A stretch of DNA of 64,000 bases, taken from positions 682,001 through 746,000 of the forward strand of contig MU008169.1 of NCBI GenBank assembly GCA_010909165.1. Reading direction: 5' to 3'. Below are positions 1-12,762 of this stretch, piece after piece; position 1 is the first letter of the stretch; every line of letters starts with the position of its first letter. Under the pieces are notes generated by a model that saw only the letters and a list, made by a program, of their open reading frames with translations, did no database searches and was not told the DNA's origin. This stretch comes from Anthoceros angustus (taxonomy: Eukaryota; Plantae; Anthocerotophyta). Both the position numbers and the translations under genes were made by a program.

Positions 1-3000
1 TGCTAAATTGCTCTTGGGATCCCGATTAGTAGGAGAATATCTATGTATTTTACGCATTGAACGGTGAGATTGTCTACTAGGCTGGTTAGTGGCGGTGATT
101 GTGGGATGTCCTCTTGCACATTTTGAAATAAGGGTCTAGAGTTCGGCCACAGGCATTTATATGTTGCATATCGAGTATTGTAATTAGAAAATCAGAAGAT
201 AAATGCCTACTTGTTGTTGAGGTGTGCTTTTCGAAAGTCGGGTCAAGAGCATATTGTGAAAACTCAATGTCACTTGCCGATCCCGAATCGTCATGAGGCG
301 TGCCCGTCATTGTTCGCTAACCGATCCGGTGTGTGGCCGATCGAGCTGCGGAACGGGAATCGCGTTGAAGGAGCTCAAGGACCGCCGGATTGAGAGCTGC
401 GAGCCGCCCGCGCCGGTGGATTACAGGTCAAGAGCCCGTGTAGGTGCGGAGAGGTGTTGTGGCTGGAGATTCCGAGTTGGGGCGGATCGAAAATTTCGAG
501 TCTCGAAAATGTCCCCTGCTTTGCTCGCGATTCGATTTCTGTTGATTTGATCGGTGGCTGCCGGTCCCCTCTCAATCGAAGGGCGTGAGCCTAAGGGGAG
601 CTGAGGTGTTTGAGAGAGCCGGATCGGCAAAGTCGCCGAAAAGATGGTTTGTGGTGTGTCTGCAGGTGAAGGGAATGGCGAGGAGGTGCGGAGTGGTGGG
701 GCACAGCCGAGACATGGGCGTACGTGGCCGGGGGAGCGGGTTGGTTAGGACCGTAAAAGTCCATGAGCCATCTTCATCATCACTTCTAGGTTGGTTGGGG
801 CTCCCAGGCGTGGCGGATGTCCTCGAGGAAGGTGACGTGGAGTGGGTGACTTTGTGTGTTTGAGGGTGGATAATTTTGTAACCTTTGATCCGCCAAGAAA
901 GCCAATGAATGTAAATTTCGTGCCTTGTGATCTAGTTTGGTTGGATTGCCTTAGGAATGTGCATAGGGGAACCAAAAATCAAGTGTAGAGAGATCGGGCT
1001 TGTGACCGCCTGTGCTTCATAGGAGTGCCAGCAGAGAGAGAAGAGGTTGTGGTGCGATTGCCGATGTAGACGGCATGCATTGCCTCCGCCAATAGGTTTT
1101 AGGAAGCTGGGCATGAATCATCATTGCCAAACCACAGTTCTGGATGGTCCGATTCATTCTTTCGCAACCCCATTTTGTTGGGATGTGTAAGGAGTGGTAA
1201 TTTGACGGTTGATACCATGTTCCTTGCAGTATGGGTGAATTGAGTAGAGCCATATTCTCCACCGCCGGATCTAAGGCATAATAAGGTATCGCCGCTTGCT
1301 TTTCGACGTCTTGTATTCCTTGAAGCATGGAAATGCTTGGGCCTTGGTCTTGTGATATATGACGGTATTGAGTGAAATCATCGATAATAAGCATGAAGTA
1401 GGTATAACCAAAGAGTGATTTATTGAAAGGCCCGATGTCGAGTGTACTAGTTGAAGGCGCTTGGTAGCTCTTGTGTTGGATGCCTTAGGAAAGGCTGAGC
1501 GATGGCTTTTGCCGAGGGAACATGCTTCACAAGTACCGAAGTCCTCAATTCTGGTGAGAGTAATGCCATGGGCTGCTTGTGTGTTGATCATCTCCTTCAT
1601 TTTCTGCAGATGCATATGCCCAAGCGGGCGTGCCAAAGGAAGGTCGATTTTGTTTCTCTGGCTCATTGTTAGAGAGGAAGGTGACTAACCCTTAGATGAT
1701 ATAGGTCATCATTTTAAGATCACCGGTGGCAATTAGATCGCCTTGAGGGGTTTCAATGACGCAGCGGCCATTGCCAAAACAAACATAACATCCTGCTTGA
1801 TCAACTTTTCGGAAAAGAGGTTTTGTTAGTCCAGAACTAAGAGGACATCCGAAATCTGCAGGTGGAGTGTTGCACATCGAGAGCAATGGAGCCATGGCAC
1901 GTAATATGATGTTTGGTGTTATCTCCAAGGTCGACAAAGTTGCCAGAGGTGTAACTTTGGTAAAATACTCCTATGGGGGTCTGAGGCTCCGAATCAATAT
2001 ACAGCGTGTTCGCCTTGGGCGATAAGCAAGAGGCTACTAGTGCTAATGGTGTGCTAGTGCCCGGAGGATTGTGGCTAATTTGGGCAAGGAAAGCTTTAGT
2101 GTGTTTAGCATTGTTAGGGCCAATGGGCCGATCCGATTTCTATGGGAATTGGAGGATGCTAACCGCATGCATTCTTCATAGATGTGGCGGTATTTTGCAA
2201 GATGACACGGCTTCCAAGTGTGGTTGCACTCGAGAGCAATGGAGCCATGGCTGTAATATGATGTTTGGTGTTATCTCCAAGGTGACAAAGTTGGGTTGTC
2301 AGAGGTGTAACTTTGGTAAAATACTCCTATGGGGGTCATGTCTGAGGCTCCGAATCAATATACCAGCGTGTTCGCCTTGGGCGATAAGCAAGAGGCTACT
2401 AGTGCTAATGGTGTGCTAGTGCCCGGAGGATTGTGGCTAATTTGGGCAAGGAAAGCTTTAGTGTGTTTCGCATGGTTAGGGCCAATGGGCCGATCTATTT
2501 GGGGGAATTGGAGGATGCTAACCGCATGCATTCATAGATGTGGCTGTATTTTGCGACCAGACACGGCTTCCAAGCGTGGTTGTAGATCCCTCCGCCACGG
2601 GTTGAGTAAGTGCCACGTCCCTGATGCCTCTCATGTTTCCTCCGAAGTGTCTCGCCCGCGCCTCGTGGTCTCCCTCGAAGAAAGCGCGGAGGATGGCTCT
2701 CCGGCATGAGCAAAACTTTCCGCGTCCTTCGAAGCATTCGATAACTTTGTTGAGCTAGAGGTTTGATGCCTTGGAGGCTTTGTACGACGCTCACCCATGA
2801 TTCGTAATGTGGATAGCAGGATTGCTTCTAGGAGCTCCTCGGGATATTGAATCCAAGAGCCGAATTTAATTATACGGAAAACCATGGCATGGTGATCAAC
2901 ATGGTCACCTTGGACATTCAAGGTCGAGGTAGCTTTTGATTGTATGTATAGTATGCATGATATCATGGGCGTCATATATCTCATGGAGCCGGGTCCATGC

Positions 3001-3262
3001 TTCCGTGGGTGTCCCCTCCATATTGCATGCTGCCTTGTTTCATACTCTGCATGAGCACGTTTTAGCCTGTGATTATTGTCCTCCCATTGATCTTTCTAGT
3101 TGTGTTCTGTAGGGTTGGGGATGGGGATGGGTGGATTTCCGCCACGTAACCGAGCTTGCGCTCTTTCAGGATATTAGTGATACGAAATTTCCAGATGGGG
3201 AAATTGTGTTGCTGACCGTCAAATTTGTCCTCCTTGGACAGGGAAAGGTGGGAGGTAGACAT
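1..3262 (-). pseudogene. copia gag-protease-integrase remnant (frameshifted)
   Basis: ORF-track fragments 3062-3262, 2631-2984, 1271-1666, 1017-1394, 745-975 carry copia gag/integrase motifs broken by indels. Confidence 0.85.
1871..2582. repeat. ~355-bp tandem duplication inside copia A1
   Basis: Segment starting ca(c/t)cgagagcaatggagccatgg occurs at ~1880 and ~2228 but only once in unit A2 (~7481-7835). Confidence 0.85.
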
Positions 3263-3871
3263 GTTGGGACAGTTTTTTTTAATTTGATGGAGTGTTTAAT
3301 GGCTGATGACTGTGCTCCTAAGGAGGCAATTGATGTGTATTTGGAGAGTGATCACAACTGTATAGTTTCTGCAGGTGTTAGAATTAGTTTTTGTGTGTGT
3401 TTCTAGACCTTGTAAATTCTGAATTATCTGATTTTGAAATTCCTGTATTTCTGATTGTGGAGGAAGAATGTACAGGTTGTCTGAGGAGCCGGGCACTGAT
3501 AGAAGGCTATGTTGCCTACATAGGTTTTGTAGGCTCGTGATCAATGTTTCTCTTATTCGTGCAGGGTTGAGTGGTGTGTGAACTTCAACCGTGGTGGTGA
3601 ATTGCCTTATCATTGTGAGTTTGGTGGCCTTTCTATGAACAGAAAGGAGATTTCTACGTAGGCCCAATCATACTCCTGTGGGTCGTAAAAGCCACGTAGT
3701 GAAAGTTCTTCTCCTATGATCAGAAGCACGGAACAGGTTCGAATCCATGCGTAAGCCCACAGGTTTTCTCTTGCCTCCTTGAGGTATGAATTCTCACGAT
3801 TAATTCTTTTCCATTCTTGAAGGTCTGCCTGCCTAGCTGTGCGCCGTTGGCTGGGCATGATACCATCACTG

Positions 3872-3883
3872 GCTCTGATACCA
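3872..3883 (-). promoter_or_regulatory. primer binding site (tRNAiMet)
   Basis: gctctgatacca = reverse complement of TGGTATCAGAGC, directly abutting the LTR end. Confidence 0.9.
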
Positions 3884-4067
3884 TGTGACGATTATGGTGC
3901 GACAGATGCATCAGAATCCGATAGATAGGCAATTCATGGTAGAGAACACAATGTAGTGTAGGAGGAGAATAACTGCCAGTTCGTGACGCTTCGCCCAAAT
4001 GTCGGTTCAGGTTTTCAGGCTTAAAAACGAAACGTGCCCTAAGGGCTTGAGTGCTACAACTTCAACA
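3884..4067 (-). repeat. LTR shared by units A1 and A2
   Basis: TG...CA termini; PBS on one side and polypurine tract (ctcccacttagc, 4068-4079) on the other. Confidence 0.92.
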
Positions 4068-4084
4068 CTCCCACTTAGCATCTA

Positions 4085-7000
4085 GTCCTTAGGCTATGCA
4101 CTTTTACATTGCTAAGAATTGAAGCTAATGTCCGAGACCTTGCTAAGTCCCATGTTCTTCACGTGTTGTTGATGTTTGATAGAGCTAAGTGCTTTGTAAG
4201 CACATCCGCTACCATGTGCTCTGGACAATAGAGAACGCAAAACTTGCCTTCTTCAACCACTTGCCTTATGAAATGAAATTGTACCTCCACGTGCTTTGTT
4301 CGAGCATGGAACTTGGGTTATAGGTGAGTGAGATGGCACTTTGATTATCACGAGCGCCTAGGAATCCTCCGGGTCTCGCCTAACTCGAAAGTTGGAGAAG
4401 TTGCGAGTCCATCCTTGCATGCGTGAGTCCAGCAATACTCACTCGGTTGAGTGAGTGCAACTACTTGCTTACTCCAGCTTGTTGTGCCTCCCAATAAATA
4501 CGAGCTGCTTGTGCTTTTCTATCATCAATGTTGCCGGCCAAGCATCACTATAGCCTTCAAGTTGTAGAGGTTCTCCTTGTTTGATATGTGATAGAGCAAC
4601 CCTAAGTCAAGTTGCTCTTAGGTATCTAAATATCCTCTTAATGACCTTCCAATGAGCTTGAGTAGGAGCTGATAGGAATTGTGACAAGGCTCCCAGAATA
4701 GGACAGTCCGTGCGTGCAAACCATAAGGTACATAAGACTACCTACTGAGGAATAAGGAGGAGGAGTAGTGTCGAATCGTTGTCCTTGATCCACCTCTTTG
4801 CTTAGCTTAAGGTTCATTTCCATGGGTGTTGAGATAGGCCTAGATTCTAACATCTTAAACTTTGTTAAGATTTCTTGAATATATTTTGATTGGTGAATGA
4901 GAATGCTTCTAGCCTTTCTATCCCTTAAGACCTAAATGCCCAAAAGGAAAGCTCTCTACAAGTGGTCATGGAGAAACGCTTAGCTAGCATAGATCTGGTC
5001 TCTTCTAGTATGGCCTTAGTGTTGGACATAAGAACTATATCGCTCACGTATACCCTAAGACGATAAAGTAAATGCTTGATCTTTTAATGTAGATATTACT
5101 TATCTGAGTTTAACTTAGTGAAACCTAGTTCCTTAAGGCTGCCTAGCTTAAAATACCATTTCATAGCACTCTTAAGTCCAAGGACTTTAATAGTAGGCAT
5201 GCATTGTACTTTGTCCTATCCTTAATATATATCCCTTGGAATCTCCATGTAGATGGTGTGGTCGAGATCTCCATATAAAAAGCGTCTTAATGTCAAGTTG
5301 CATTAGCTCATAGTCATGGTGAGATGCTAAGGCTAGGAGGATCCTAAGTGAGGTTATCTTAAGCAGGGACTAAAAGTTTCATCATAATCAAAACCATATT
5401 TTTGAGAGTATCCCTTGGCTACTAATCTAGCCTTGTATCTCTCTATGCTACCGCATTTAATTTGATCTTGAAGGTCCACTTAGATCCCACAAGTTGTCTA
5501 TCCTTAGGTAGAGTAGTTAAAGTCCAAGTTTTATTGGCTTGTAGGGATTCTAGTTCGACGCTTGTTTCAGTGTTCCTTTTGTGGTGATGGCCTCGTAGTG
5601 GGAGGACAAAGCGATCTATAGCATTAAGACAATATGCTAAATTGCTCTTGGGATCCCGATTAGTAGGAGAATATCTATGTATTTTACCGCATTGAACGGT
5701 GAGATTGTCTACTAGGCTGGTTAGTGGCAATTGTGGGATGTCCTCTTGCACATTTTGAAATAAGGGTCTAGAGTTCGGCCACAGGCATTTATATGTTGCA
5801 TATCGAGTATTGTAATTAGAAAATCAGAAGATAAATGCCTACTTGTTGTTGAGGTGTGCTTTCGAAAGTCGGGTCAAGAGCATATTGTGAAAACTCAATG
5901 TCACTTGCCGATCCCGAATCGTCATGAGGCGTGCCCGTCATTGTTCGCTAACCGATCCGTGTGTGGCCGATCGAGCTGCGGAACGGGAATCGCGTTGAAG
6001 GAGCTCAAGGACCGCCGGATTGAGAGCTGCGAGCCGCCCGCGCCGGTGGATTACAGGTCAAGAGCCCGTGTAGGTGCGGAGAGGTGTTGTGGCTGGAGAT
6101 TCCGAGTTGGGGCGGATCGAAAATTTCGAGTCTCGAAAATGTCCCCTGCTTTGCTCGCGATTCGATTTCTGTTGATTTGATCGGTGGCTGCCGGTCCCCT
6201 CTCAATCAAGGGCGTGAGCCTAAGGGGAGCTGAGGGTGTTGAGAGAGCCGGATGGCGCAAAGTCGCCAAAAAGATGGTTTGTGGTGTGTCTACATGAAGG
6301 GAATGGCGAGGAGGTGCGGAGTGGTGGGGCACAGCCGAGACATGGGCGTACGTGGCCGGGGGAGCGGGTTGGTTAGGACCGTGAAAAGTCCATGAGCCAT
6401 CTTCATCATCACTTCTAGGTTGGTTGGGGCTCCCAGGCGTGGCGGATGTCCTCGAGGAAGGTGACGTGGAGTGGGTGACTTTGTGTGTTTGAGGGTGGAT
6501 AATTTTGTAACCTTTGATCCGCCAAGAAAGCCAATGAATGTAAATTTCGTGCCTTGTGATCTAGTTTGGTTGGATTGCCTTAGGAATGTGCATAGGGAAC
6601 CAAAAATCAAGTGTAGAGATCGGGCTTGTGACCGCCTGTGCTTCATAGGAGTGCCAGCAGAGAGAGAAGAGGTTGTGGTGAGATTGCCGATGTAGACGGC
6701 ATGCATTGCCTCCGCCAATAGGTTTTAGGAAGCATGAATTAGCATTGCCAAACCACGATTCGGATGGTCCGATTCATTCTTTCTCGCAACCCCATTTTGT
6801 TGGGATGTGTAAGGAGTGGTAATTTGACGGTTGATACCATGTTCCTTGCAGTATGGGTGAATTGAGTAGAGCCATATTCTCCACCGCCGGATCTAAGGCA
6901 TAATAAGGTATCGCCGCTTGCTTTTCGACGTCTTGTATTCCTTGAAGCATGGAAATGCTTGGGCCTTGGTCTTGTGATATATGACGGTATTGAGTGAAAT

Positions 7001-8490
7001 CATCGATAATAAGCATGAAGTAGGTATAACCAAAGAGTGATTTATTGAAAGGCCCGATGTCGAGTGTACTAGTTGAAGGCGCTTGGTAGCTCTTGTGTTG
7101 GATGCCTTAGGAAAGGTGAGCGATGGCTTTTGCCGAGGGAACAGCTTCACAAGCACCAAGTCCTCGTGAGAGTAATGCCATGGGCTGCTTGTGTGTTGAT
7201 CATCTCCTTCATTTTCGCAGATGCATATGCCCAAGCCGCCAAAGGAAGGTCGATTTTGTTTCTCTGGCTCATTGTTAGAGAGGAAGGGTGACTAACCCTT
7301 AGATGATATAGGTCATCATTTTAAGATCACCGGTGGCAATTAGATCGCCTTGAGGGGTTTCAATGACGCAGCGGCCATTGCCAAAACAAACATAACATCC
7401 TGCTTGATCAACTTTTCGGAAAAGAGGTTTTTGTTAGTCCAGAACTAAGAGGACATCCGAAATCTGCAGGTGGAGTGTTGCACATCGAGAGCAATGGAGC
7501 CATGGCACGTAATATGATGTTTGGTGTTATCTCCAAGGTCGACAAAGTTGCCAGAGGTGTAACTTTGGTAAAATTCCTATGGGGGTCTGCGGCCCCGAAT
7601 CAATATACAGCGTGTTCGCCTTGGGTGATAAGCAAGAGGCTACTAGTGCTAATGGTGTGCTAGTGCCCGGAGGATTGTGGCTAATTTGGGCAAGGAAAGC
7701 TTTAGTGTGTTTAGCATTGTTAGGGCCAATGGGCCGATCCGATTTCTATGGGAATTGGAGGATGCTAACCGCCATGCATTCTTCATAGATGTGGCGGTAT
7801 TTTGCAAGATGACACGGCTTCCAAGTGTGGTTGTAGATCCCTCCGCCACGGGTTGAGGTGCCACGCCCTGATGCCTCTCATGTTTCCTCCGAAGTGTCTC
7901 GCCCGCGCCTCGTGGTCTCCCTCGAAGAAAGCGCGGAGGATGGCTCGATGAGCAAAACTTTCCGCGTCCTTCGAAGCATTCGATAACTTTGTTGAGCTAG
8001 AGGTTTGATGCCTTGGAGGCTTTGTACGACGCTCACCCATGATTCGTAATGTGGATAGCAGGATTGCTTCTAGGAGCTCCTGGGATATTGAATCCAAGAG
8101 CCGAATTTAATTATACGGAAAACCATGGCATGGTGATCAACATGGTCACCTTGGACATTCAAGGTCGAGGTAGCTTTTGATTGTATGTATGCATGATATC
8201 ATGGGCGTCATATATCTCATGGAGCCGGGGTCCATGCTTCCGTGGGTGTCCCCTCCATATTGCATGCTGCCTTGTTTCATACTCTGCATGAGCACGTTTT
8301 AGCCTGTGATTATTGTCCTCCCATTGATCTTTCTAGTTGTGTTCTGTGAGGGTTGGGGATGGGGATGGGTGGATTTCCGCCACGTAACCGAGCTTGCGCT
8401 CTTCGGGATATTAGTGACGAAATTTATGGGGAAATTGGCCGATCAATCAAATTTGTCCTCCTTGGACGTGGAAAGGTGGGAGGTAGACAT
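4085..8490 (-). pseudogene. copia gag-pol (frameshifted)
   Basis: RT motifs [25 protein letters not shown] and YSSVGSLMYLMVCT; integrase LQLVHS/IIDDFT; RNase H up to the PPT. Confidence 0.9.
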
Positions 8491-9087
8491 GTTGGGACAG
8501 TTTTTTTTAATTTGATGGAGTGTTTAATGGTTGATGAGTGCTCCTAAGGAGGCAATTGATGTGTATTTGGAGAGTGATCACAACTGTATAGTTTCTGCAG
8601 GTGTTAGAATTAGTTTTGTGTGTGTTTCTAGACCTTGTAAATTGAATTATCTGATTTTGAAATTCCTCTATTTCGATTGTGGAGGAAGAATGTACAGGTT
8701 GTCCGAGGAGCCGCACCGATAGAAGGCTATGTTGCCTACATAGGTTTTGTAGGCTCGTGATCAATGTTTCTCTTATTCGTGCAGGGTTGAGTGGTGTGTG
8801 AACTTCAACCGTGGTGGTGAATTGCCTTATCATTGTGAGTTTGGTGGCCTTTCTATGAATAGAAAGGAGATTTCTACGTAGGCCCAATCATACTCCTGTG
8901 GGTCGTAAAAGCCACGTAGTGAAAGTTCTTCTCCTATGATCAGAAGCACGGAACAGGTTCGAATCCATGCGTAAGCCCACAGGTTTTCTCTTGCCTCCTT
9001 GAGGTATGAATTCTCACGATTAATTCTTTTCCATTCTTGAAGGTCTGCCTAGCTGTGCGCCGTTGGCTGGGCATGATACCATCACTG

Positions 9088-9099
9088 GCTCTGATACCA
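9088..9099 (-). promoter_or_regulatory. primer binding site (tRNAiMet)
   Basis: gctctgatacca adjacent to LTR start tgtgacg at 9100. Confidence 0.9.
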
Positions 9100-9306
9100 T
9101 GTGACGATTATGGTGCGACAGATGCATCAGAATCCGATAGATAGGCAATTCATGGTAGAGAACACAATGTAGTGTATCAGGGCTGAGCCAGAATGTAAAG
9201 GAGGAGAAAAACTGCCAGTTCGTGACGCTTCGCCCAAATGTCGGTTCAGGTTTTCAGGCTTAAAAACGAAACGTGCCCTAAGGGCTTGAGTGCTACAACT
9301 TCAACA
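9100..9306 (-). repeat. 5' LTR of copia A2
   Basis: TG...CA, 207 bp; matches 3884-4067 apart from a ~23-bp indel. Confidence 0.92.
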
Positions 9307-9493
9307 GTACCAAGCTCGGGCTTCACAGTCAGGAAGTTGGGCTGAGGTGACGGCCAGAACTTGCTGGCCACATCTCCCATAGTAGCATCCCTTAAGACGT
9401 AAAACAAGTTGTTCCGGAGCTCCCTTTGTCTTTAAACCCTCATTTAACCACTGCACCAGAGCACTCGGCAGCATTACCTTCATCACCACGAGG

Positions 9494-11230
9494 CTAACGC
9501 TGACGTGACTTGTGTGCGATGCAAAGCCTGTCCACATGCTTCATTACAGCATTGGACTGAAAGAAGTCATCCCCACAATTACTTGGATCACTGACTTCTT
9601 CATCCCTGTTGTCAACAATAGCTCCTGTACCGAAGAGATTGATGGACACCCATTCCTTCGCTACGGCCTTTCGACGATTTTCAATTTCGGTTGTATCGGC
9701 CGCAACTAGATGATACACAATCACCACCTTCTGCTGCCCCCAACGAAAAGCCCTGCTGACCGCTTGACGAGTGACGCTGGGGTTAAACTCTGGCTCTAAC
9801 AGTATGATCCTGGAGGCTGCAGTAAGGTTTACATCTTCCCCACAAGCACAAGCCTTGATAGAGGCCAGAAGAACTCTCGAAGGGTCGTTCTTCGAGTTGA
9901 ATCTCCTTAGGGTGGCTTTCCCATCAGCAATCAGAACTTTGTCTCCCAAGGCCCAGCTCTTGTGCTTTTGGAGGACGCTCTGGATGTATTGCAGAGGTTT
10001 GAACATTTTGCTGAAAATAATAAGCTTTTCTCCTGCCTTGTCACAAAGAGATAGGATCTGCATAACGAAATCAGCTTTCACACCCTTACTTGGATCCAAG
10101 CTTGTTCCGTCGACATCAGGAAACTCAGCTGTGTCCCGGTACTCGTCAGGGGATAGGGACGGATGAACAGTCACTAATGTTGTCCCCGAAGTAAGCTTAA
10201 ACTTGCCACTTTTACCGCTGCACTTTGACTGCACTTTTGCCACCAAGTTCGCTTGCAAAGGCTGCAGCTTCAGATGAACAACAAACTCATATAGTCCTGG
10301 AAGAGACCTCAGCTGATCACCTTCATGCAAGTCTACAAAACAAGTTAGATTCCGCATGTTCAGTATACCCACATCTCTAGCGTTGTGATCTCCAGTCCTC
10401 TTCATAAAAGCAGACTTGGCCTTCCAAAATTTCTTCCTCGCAGCTTCCAATGTGTTTACCATTTCCTGGGTTATCATGCCACTATTGCGCCGGCTGTCAT
10501 TCTCCAGCTCCATCCTCTTTTGCACAAACTCTGGGTCATTGTCCAGGAAGTCTGGCTTCACAAAACTTAGCATCTGGTACAACTCCTTGAAGGTATTCTG
10601 AAATAAAGTTCCACTGAGTATCACCCTGTTCATTGTCTTAACCTTCTTCAAGGCCTGCAGGCTATTGCTTTTCTCAGTGCGTACAAGATGTCCTTCATCC
10701 AGGATTACCAAATCAGGAGTCTTCAGTATGATATCGCGAAGTTCATCATGTTGTGTTCCCTCCTTGAGAATGATCCGGCTAACAATGTTGTAGCCAACCA
10801 TCAGGACACTTTTCTCATCCGTCCATTGATGAAGAATTGCTCTACGAAGGTTTTCCGCATCGCATGTCTCATCGGACTTGTCATATATATTAAGAAGCTT
10901 GATATCCCCCACTTCCCATCTCTTGAACTCATCCTTCCAAGGTTCACTTTTGGAGCTACAATCAGCACCTTCTTGCGCGGATAGGTAGTGAGCAAGCCTT
11001 CACAAAGGCTATCATCAAGAACTTTCTTCCTGTTCCTGGAGCATGCTGAAAAATACATCCTCCTCTGCCATCCAAAGACTTGACAAGGAATTCAAATCCT
11101 TTCACATGATGTTCCTTCATCTTGGGCATAAAATCAGGAGGAATCTCCACCTTGAGATTCAGAATGGGCATGGCTCTCCGGACCGTGGCGTTGGCGTGCT
11201 GGCCCCAATTCCAACTCCTGTGCAGCAAGA
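9494..11230 (-). CDS. DRD1-like: SNF2-family chromatin remodeller of the DRD1/CLSY (RdDM) clade; two apparent frameshifts near 10900-11060
   Basis: KEHHVKGFEFL...GGCIFQHAPGTG (Walker A region), LIVAPK, PDLVILDEGH (DExH), RVILSGTLFQN, NLTAASRIILLEPEFNPSVTRQAVSRAFRWGQQK (HELICc), C-terminal SNCGDDFF; 472-aa ORF 9494-10912. Confidence 0.9.
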
Positions 11231-11239
11231 GGGCCTGCA

Positions 11240-11750
11240 GAACCTTGATGAGCTTCCCGAGGGAGCTGCGACATTAGCCTGGCTACAGCTCCCTCTGTGC
11301 TGTCATCCTGAGGTACCCAGATTGGCCGACTAGGCTCCAAACGCTCCAAACGCTCCCAAGCACTGTGGCCAAACTGCAAAGCATCATGGAACCTCCAACG
11401 AACGGTAAACTCACTAAGGGCAGTCATATCCGGAGTAGCATGTTCGTGGACCCGGAAAGCGATTCTGTCCAATGAAGGCTCACAACATGATCCGGCTCCA
11501 GAGGACAAGGTTCTGAGCACCCAGGCCGACAGGTCTGCTTGGCGGGTTGATGCAGGTCGGAGGAATACTTTCAGGCCCAAGCAGCTGGGATGAGGTCCTC
11601 CAGCCCGGAGAGGACAAAGGAAGAGGTCCAGCAGGATACTCAAGACTGTGGTGGTCCCGACGTGCCAGCCGAGAGCTCTGAACATGTGAGGTGGAAGTAG
11701 GGGAATCTGAGTCCTTCCCAGGTGCATCCACTCCCACCTGCGGGACACCC
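11240..11750 (-). CDS. probable N-terminal module of the SNF2 gene, containing the RxAFRVHEHA...RFxDALQF motif; function unknown
   Basis: ORF 11134-11748; nucleotide and peptide similarity to 63160-63984. Confidence 0.45.
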
Positions 11751-12593
11751 ACTGAGAGTGTTGGATGCTCCATACGACGACACTGACTCAGTGGAGCTGG
11801 CTGGGATACCTCATCAAGCCTGGGCAGATTGTTTCCACAAGGCGATATCTGGGCAGTATTCGAACAGGAACGTGGCACATGTTCATCATCGAACTGCAGG
11901 ACCTCTGGGCCACGAACAACACTACCAGGCTGCAGGATTCCAAGGCAACTTCCAGAAATGGTCACAGAAGGAGAGTTAAAGAGCCGCAGCCGCTCACACC
12001 CGGCAATTCGGGTGAGTCTCATTTTTTTCATGAAATCCTCGATACAAGCTTCGTGAGACCTCTTCCGTCCCTGCCTCTCAGAACCTGCTCAAGCAACCGA
12101 GGTCAGCCCCGCTCACCACCGGCCTGAACAAAACCAAATCAACAGGCTGAGAAATGCACGCACCAGTCAATCCTGTTGTGTCCCACACCGCCACGTCCAG
12201 GTCCGGCTGATCGTCTATCTTGCTGGCAGCAGCCCCCTGCATTGCAGGCGCCGGGGTCCAGGCCTGGCCAGCCTGCTGCTGATTCCCGAGCAAGGGCAGG
12301 TGATGACATGAGGAGGAGGAGGACAAATCCATGAGCCCCGTGCAAATACCCCGAGGCTGGCTCCAGGAATGGCAATGCAATCTGGACCCAACCTCCCACA
12401 GATCCCCTCCCTTCCCCTTACCAGACAAGCTCCTCCCTACCCAGCAGAAAACCGACAGCAAGGCAGGAAGAGAGAAAGCACAGCCAAAACGAGGAGACAC
12501 TGGCAGGTACAAAAAAACACCACCCCCGGACCTGGGAGCATAGAATTTGCACAATAGCAGGAAGGATTGCCTTGTGACAAGCAGGGAAAGAAA

Positions 12594-12762
12594 TAAGCAA
12601 CCCACAATCCAGCACACAAGCGGAAGCAAGAAAAACAGACAGGATAAGAAATAAGCAACCCACAATCTGGACAGCACACAAGCGGAAGCAAGAAAACCAA
12701 GCAGGGTAAAAAGCAAGCAACCCACAATCCAGCACACAAGCGGAAGCAAGAAAATGGAGCAG
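12594..12762. repeat. ~60-bp tandem repeat x3
   Basis: aagcaacccacaatc(c/tgg)agcacacaagcggaagcaagaaaa repeated three times. Confidence 0.85.

Larger units (their letters stand above)
1..4067 (-). mobile_element. Ty1/copia LTR retrotransposon, unit A1 (runs off the left edge)
   Basis: LTR 3884-4067 followed on the minus strand by PBS TGGTATCAGAGC. Gag starts MSTSHLSLSKEDKFDG (3262). GAG-pre-integrase/integrase motifs (CEACSLGKSHR, LQLVHS, IIDDFT). Position 1 aligns with ~5635 of unit A2. Confidence 0.92.
3884..9306 (-). mobile_element. Ty1/copia LTR retrotransposon, unit A2 (full length)
   Basis: LTRs 3884-4067 and 9100-9306, PBS 9088-9099, PPT 4068-4079; gag-PR-IN-RT-RNaseH order. Confidence 0.95.

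Noticed and set aside
9494-11230. Intronless SNF2 domain as evidence of a retrocopy, and frameshifts as evidence of a pseudogene
   Set aside because: The ATPase region of DRD1/CLSY genes is often intron-poor, and window-wide indel noise makes the frameshifts unreliable.
11760-11920. FPQGDIWAVF resembling a DUF3444 motif
   Set aside because: Too short, and opposite in orientation to the adjacent gene.
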